DNA of 33,222 nucleotides from Basidiobolus ranarum (Eukaryota): NCBI GenBank assembly GCA_040143965.1, contig JASJQH010006952.1, positions 1 to 33,222 of the forward strand, read 5' to 3'. Shown piece by piece: positions 27,832 to 33,222 of this stretch (position 1 is its first letter; each line of letters starts with the position of its first letter). The notes under the pieces were generated by a model. It saw only the letters and a program-made list of their open reading frames with translations, ran no database searches and was not told where the DNA came from. The position numbers and the translations under genes were made by a program.

Positions 27832-28497
27832 ATGGCTGTCCAATTTCAATGCAAGGCCCTGTTATTTGACATGGATGGTACTTTAATTGACACCACTCAA
27901 CCTGTTGAACGTTACTGGAAGCAATTTTGTAAAACTCACAATATCGTTGAAGAGGAGCTCTTCGCAATGTGCCACGGAGTAAGAAGCATTGAAGTTCTAA
28001 AAAGATTTACTCCTCACTTAGCCACGCCAGAGTATTCAATGCAAATTGAGACCGAGGCGGCTATGGATGCGGAAGGTGTAGTATCTATCGTTGGTGCTCA
28101 TGAATTACTTCATAAACTACCATCAGAGCGTTGGGCGATTGTCACATCAGCTGGTCGTGGGATGGCTGAGCTTCGAGTGGGCCAACAGGGCTTCCCCGTT
28201 CCCAATGTCTTCATCACCGGAACTGAGGTTACTCATGGTAAGCCTCATCCCGAGGGCTACCTTAGGGCGGCTAAGGAATTAGGAGTTGACCCGAGTGAGT
28301 GTATTGTCTTTGAAGATGCACCAGCAGGTGTTCAAGCAGCTCTAAATGGTAATATGAGAGTAATCGGCGTCATCTCAACCCATACCAAAGAATCACTGGA
28401 TGGAGCCAATGTACATATTAAGCATTACGATGATTTAGATATCCAATTCAATCAGGATACTGGCTATTATACAATCACTGTAAATAGTTCCATCTAA
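27832..28497 (+). CDS. HAD-superfamily sugar/glycerol-phosphate phosphatase (Gpp/Dog/YfbT-like), copy 1, intronless
   Basis: Motif I FDMDGTLIDT, motif II VTSA, motif III GKPHPEGY, motif IV FEDAPAG. ATG at 27832 preferred over the upstream TTG. Confidence 0.92.
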   Translation: MAVQFQCKALLFDMDGTLIDTTQPVERYWKQFCKTHNIVEEELFAMCHGVRSIEVLKRFTPHLATPEYSMQIETEAAMDAEGVVSIVGAHELLHKLPSERWAIVTSAGRGMAELRVGQQGFPVPNVFITGTEVTHGKPHPEGYLRAAKELGVDPSECIVFEDAPAGVQAALNGNMRVIGVISTHTKESLDGANVHIKHYDDLDIQFNQDTGYYTITVNSSI

Positions 28498-28571
28498 ATC
28501 TAGACAAATAATAAATTGCTTGTTCAAAATCCTTTATAAGCCCACATTGTGCTCTGATCTCCACCTCAAAT

Positions 28572-29228
28572 ATGTCCCACGAATATACATGCAAAGCCAT
28601 CCTGTTTGACATGGATGGCACCCTAATCGATACTACGCCAGCCGTGATACGTTATTGGAAGAGATTCTGCTCCAAACATAATGTGGTAGAAGAGGATCTT
28701 TTTAAATTCAGCCACGGTAAAAGAAGTATTGAAACGATACGACAATTTGTTCCTCACCTCGCTACCCCAGAGCAAGTGGAGATTATGGAGAATGAGGCTG
28801 TGGAGGATACTGAAGGAATCGTTGCAATCGACGGTTCACATAACCTACTTAAATCTTTACCACCAGACACCTGGGGGGTGGTTACTTCTGCCTGCCTTCC
28901 CATGGCAATAGCTCGCATACAGCAGCAGAACCTCCCCTTGCCAAAAGTACTTGTTACTGGAGATAAAGTTGTTCATGGCAAGCCTCACCCCGAAGGTTAT
29001 TTAAAAGGAGCTGAGCAGTTGAATGTCTCCCCCGAAGATTGTTTGGTTTTTGAAGATGCACCCGCAGGTATATCGGCTGCTTTGAGTAGTGGGATGAAAG
29101 TAATCGGCGTAATTTCTACCCATTCCAAAGAAGACCTCACTGGTGTTCTAACTCATATCAAGAGCTATGATGAATTGGATATTCAATATGACTTCAATGC
29201 TGGTCACTTCTGTATTAAATATAGTTGA
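28572..29228 (+). CDS. HAD-superfamily sugar/glycerol-phosphate phosphatase, copy 2, intronless
   Basis: All four HAD motifs are intact (FDMDGTLIDT, VTSA, GKPHPEGY, FEDAPAG), and it aligns with copy 1 along its full length. Confidence 0.92.
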   Translation: MSHEYTCKAILFDMDGTLIDTTPAVIRYWKRFCSKHNVVEEDLFKFSHGKRSIETIRQFVPHLATPEQVEIMENEAVEDTEGIVAIDGSHNLLKSLPPDTWGVVTSACLPMAIARIQQQNLPLPKVLVTGDKVVHGKPHPEGYLKGAEQLNVSPEDCLVFEDAPAGISAALSSGMKVIGVISTHSKEDLTGVLTHIKSYDELDIQYDFNAGHFCIKYS

Positions 29229-29273
29229 GTAACCATCAGATCGGACATTTACTCTTTTTGTGCAATAAAATCC

Positions 29274-29349
29274 ATTTCAATTCCAATATTATTGAAGGCA
29301 GATGTTATTCTATTTCGATTCCAATATTATTGAAGACTGATGTTGATAA
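29274..29349. repeat. Imperfect 38-bp tandem duplication between the convergent HAD2 and COQ9 3' ends
   Basis: atttcaattccaatattattgaaggcagatgtt.. at 29274 and atttcgattccaatattattgaagactgatgtt.. at 29312. Confidence 0.88.
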
Positions 29350-29415
29350 TCCCAAGCTTTCTCGACTTTATTTGAATTAACAACGTTAGCCCTAGCCCTA
29401 ATCTAAGCCCTAGTC

Positions 29416-30707
29416 TTAAATACGAATTCCCTTCTGTTGAGAAATTTCGTCGTTAGTATCCAAACACACATATTTATATTTATAGAGCACTGAAACTTAC
29501 AGAGTTAAGGATACCACGAGCAGTCTGGAATCCAAATGAAGCTAACATAGAGACCTATAGAGATGATATTAGTTTTGAACAAAGGGAATATCCCACATAG
29601 TTCATTTACCTCACGACTAGCGCTTCCAATCTGAGCGACATCTTCTAGACGTCGATCAAGGAATTGGAGTGTGTTGATAAAGTCTGGTGAATGGTCTTTG
29701 GTCATGTACATCTCTAATATGAGGTCGGAATGGAGTCAAATTACGATCGTTATACTGTTTAGTTACATTGATTCAATTACCAGTTGAAGTGTATACACCA
29801 GACAGCAAAAAGCGCTTTGTGTACCAGTTGAACTAAAGTAAAATCAAGATTATTTTTCCTTTTCACCCAACAAAGTTATCTTAAAGAATCATTTACATCG
29901 AAGCTCTTATCTCCAGCTAGATACCATATATCATCAGTCAATCTACCTAAATGACGAAGGGCAACCTCAGCGTTCCAAGGTTCGGCTAAAATTGCTGCCG
30001 CCTGAATTTCGAATAATTTTAGTAATTTGGATAGTTTTCTTGGTTGATGGAAATATACTTGAAGTTACCTCAGACCAATTTTCGGCATATGGCATGGTAT
30101 ATTGTAACCGAGTGATACATGCTTTTCTCACTTTCTCAGTGGTTGAAAGACTACACTCAAATAAACGGTTATTTAGGTCCACGATATAAAAATACTTTTC
30201 CATTATTTACCCTTCTAATTTTCCCTCTAAATCTTGCACCATTTTAAGTCTTGCATCTTCCATGAAATAGTCAATGAGGTCCAAACCACCGTTGGGGAAA
30301 AGACCATGAGTCACTGGTAAATAACCTAAGTCTTGTGCTCCTTTCGCAATGGAGCCAGTGGACCAACCAAAGGTGCGAACATAGGGAAGAGAGGCTTCAA
30401 GGATCTTTGAAGGAATATCTGTGTCTGGGTTAGGCTTGGAAGGGGGAGGTGTAAGGCTTATAAAAAAAGTATTTAGAAAACATGTAAACGTTTACGAGCA
30501 ATATTAATAGGGAAAGGATAAGGGCAAGTTAGTGTTGTGTTGAATGATATCCTTAATTTACCTTGGTTTAAGTTTAGCTGCAACATGCACAGGTTCGTGG
30601 TCAGTTGTGTAAGACCTGCTACCTTGAACTAAACTGGCTCTATTGCTAGCTAAGATAAACCCACCACGAGTGGAAGGCTTAAGTAGAGTAGTGAAAACAC
30701 GGTTCAT
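29416..30707 (-). CDS. COQ9: Ubiquinone biosynthesis protein COQ9, multi-exon, with a mitochondrial presequence
   Basis: Begins with an Arg/Ser-rich leader MNRVFTTLLKPSTR. Then ILEASLPYVRTFGWS, LFPNGGLDLIDYF, LTDDIWYLAGDKSFD|FNWYTKR..YTSTEMYMTKDHSPDF..FLDRRL, ending GILNS|KGIRI*. Confidence 0.92.
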
Positions 30708-31158
30708 TCTGGTAAATTATTCACTTTTAAATATAAACTGGTAAAGGTCAGTGTACTTGTCACTGGAAAACTTGGAAATGTTAAACCCCATTCGCTTGAG
30801 TTTGCTTTCATATCACAATTTTTTCCCTTCATTCAGTGCCTCGAATAGCCTATAATGGTGATCAACCTATATCGTCTCACAATATAATTTCTTTAATCAA
30901 TATATAATGTAAGGCTCGATATTTCTCGGTTTACACATCTGCTGAATCTCTATTCAGAATCACGTGTGAAATCAGATAAAGACGAGATCAGATAGGAGGT
31001 TGTTAATGCTCAATGTAGAGCTTAAACATTGCCACTACTGAATATATAGAATAAGAATTGTTAGCAGGTAATGTGGTTTATTGACAGGCTTTCAAATCAA
31101 TGAGGACACAAGATGTTCTAGAGTAGTAAACAACTGGATTTTGAAATGCTTAGTGTTA

Positions 31159-32217
<1,059 letters not shown>

Positions 32218-32371
32218 GATTCCTTCGAGGACTTTTATATATAACCACCGTACTTTTAGAAAACTGTCTTACTAGTTAGTTCTATTAGCCTTGGTGAAGT
32301 AATTGAATTCAAGTACACGTGATCTAGACTGCAAACCATCGATGCAGCATTTTTTGATGAAAATTTGGTAA

Positions 32372-32398
32372 GCCCTAAGACCTAACCCTAAGCCCTAA
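32372..32398. repeat. Degenerate telomere-like (CCCTAA) cluster in the CFIm25/LPMO divergent intergenic region
   Basis: gccctaagacctaaccctaagccctaa. Confidence 0.7.
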
Positions 32399-32996
32399 AA
32401 TGGGCAATTGCCAACCCTCCTCACTGTCCAATGTGCTTTCAAATTGCAGACACATATATTCAGCTGGTTTCTTTAATTATATTGAGTGCCAATCGAGTTG
32501 ATGGGTTAGGGTTATATTTGCTTCTGATGTTAGTAATGCTCTTACTACAGGCTTTCAAGTTCCTTATTTCCTTTATCAATCATATTTTAACGAAGGAACT
32601 CGACGCGATGATGGTACTAAACTAACTCTACAATCTAGAGACAAAACCAACTCCATCTAATGAACAACTGTAACCACCCAAACCACCCAAACCATCTTTA
32701 AACTGGTATGAATCTTGAAGACAACATCAGGTTTGGATTGATTAAACTCGGGTTACTTGCCTATATGTCCAATGGGTAAATTAGCGCTTCTTGAATAAGA
32801 AATATACTAATTCATAGTCAAATACATATAACCGTGGAAAGCAATATATCCATTTCAGTATTAGGATGGTACGAGACATTACAACAGATAGTAACAATAT
32901 TTCCGCGTTAATATTAGAATAGTCAAAGTAACTTACGCTTTAACTGTACGTCGGTATACAACACTCTTATCGTGTTAATTGTCCGGTGGTCATTCA

Positions 32997-33003
32997 TATA
33001 AAT
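32997..33003 (+). promoter_or_regulatory. TATA-box candidate for the LPMO gene
   Basis: TATAAAT 55 bp upstream of the ATG at 33052. Confidence 0.5.
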
Positions 33004-33051
33004 ACTCTTAATTTGAAGCTCAGTCAAAGCAATACTAACCGTTCCTTTAAG

Positions 33052-33222
33052 ATGTTCTCTAATTTCTTGCAATCTACTCTTTACCTATTTGCGTTCGCGA
33101 CGTTGACCGTTGCGCATATGGAGATGGTTCAACCTCCACCACGTCACTCACGGTACAATCCTACATGGACAAGCCCTCCGGATTATAACATGGTGAATCC
33201 TTTAGGCATTTATCCCTGCAAG
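33052..33222 (+). CDS. Secreted lytic polysaccharide monooxygenase, AA11-like, 5' partial (not in the ORF track)
   Basis: Translates to MFSNFLQSTLYLFAFATLTVA-HMEMVQPPPRHSRYNPTWTSPPDYNMVNPLGIYPCK. A signal peptide is followed directly by His1, and the HMxMxxPxP..DY.M..PL..(F/Y)PCK pattern is typical of AA11. Confidence 0.78.
   Translation, partial: MFSNFLQSTLYLFAFATLTVAHMEMVQPPPRHSRYNPTWTSPPDYNMVNPLGIYPCK

Noticed and set aside
28480-28540. Possible 61-nt intron (gtaaat..ttataag) fusing HAD1 to HAD2 into a two-domain protein
   Set aside because: The donor is phase 0 but 31 nt separate the acceptor from the HAD2 ATG, so the join is out of frame and stops shortly after. No good branch point is present.
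29480-29500. Retention of the last COQ9 intron would give a C-terminus ..VSFSAL*, a possible cryptic peroxisomal signal
   Set aside because: SAL is a poor PTS1 match, the intron has consensus signals, and the spliced end (SKGIRI) looks like the normal COQ9 terminus.

Overview
Eukaryotic, AT-rich genomic DNA with short GT-AG introns (mostly 55-105 nt). Gene content points to an early-diverging (non-Dikarya) fungus; a Basidiobolus/Zoopagomycota- or Mucoromycota-like source is my inference. I reconstructed 13 protein-coding genes by manual splicing: the 3' part of a White Collar-1-like gene with an eroded GATA finger, a DPP8/9-like peptidase, a ZNF277-like protein, pyruvate dehydrogenase kinase, an RSPRY1-like SPRY-RING protein, a tail-to-tail pair of Prm10/ThrE-family membrane proteins, a sterol O-acyltransferase, a complete second WC-1-like LOV-PAS-PAS gene without a zinc finger, two tandem intronless HAD phosphatases 74 bp apart, COQ9, CFIm25, and the 5' end of an AA11-like LPMO. 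The strongest unusual signal is a predicted single-nucleotide exon (G at 8800, minus strand) in the PDK gene. It is flanked by two complete 68- and 70-nt introns and is required to keep the conserved reading frame. Also notable are the two WC-1 paralogs at different stages of zinc-finger loss, GATC/GATCGA clusters upstream of the finger-less WC-1 and one transporter, and the operon-like HAD pair. I recognised no rRNA, tRNA, CRISPR array or intact mobile element.
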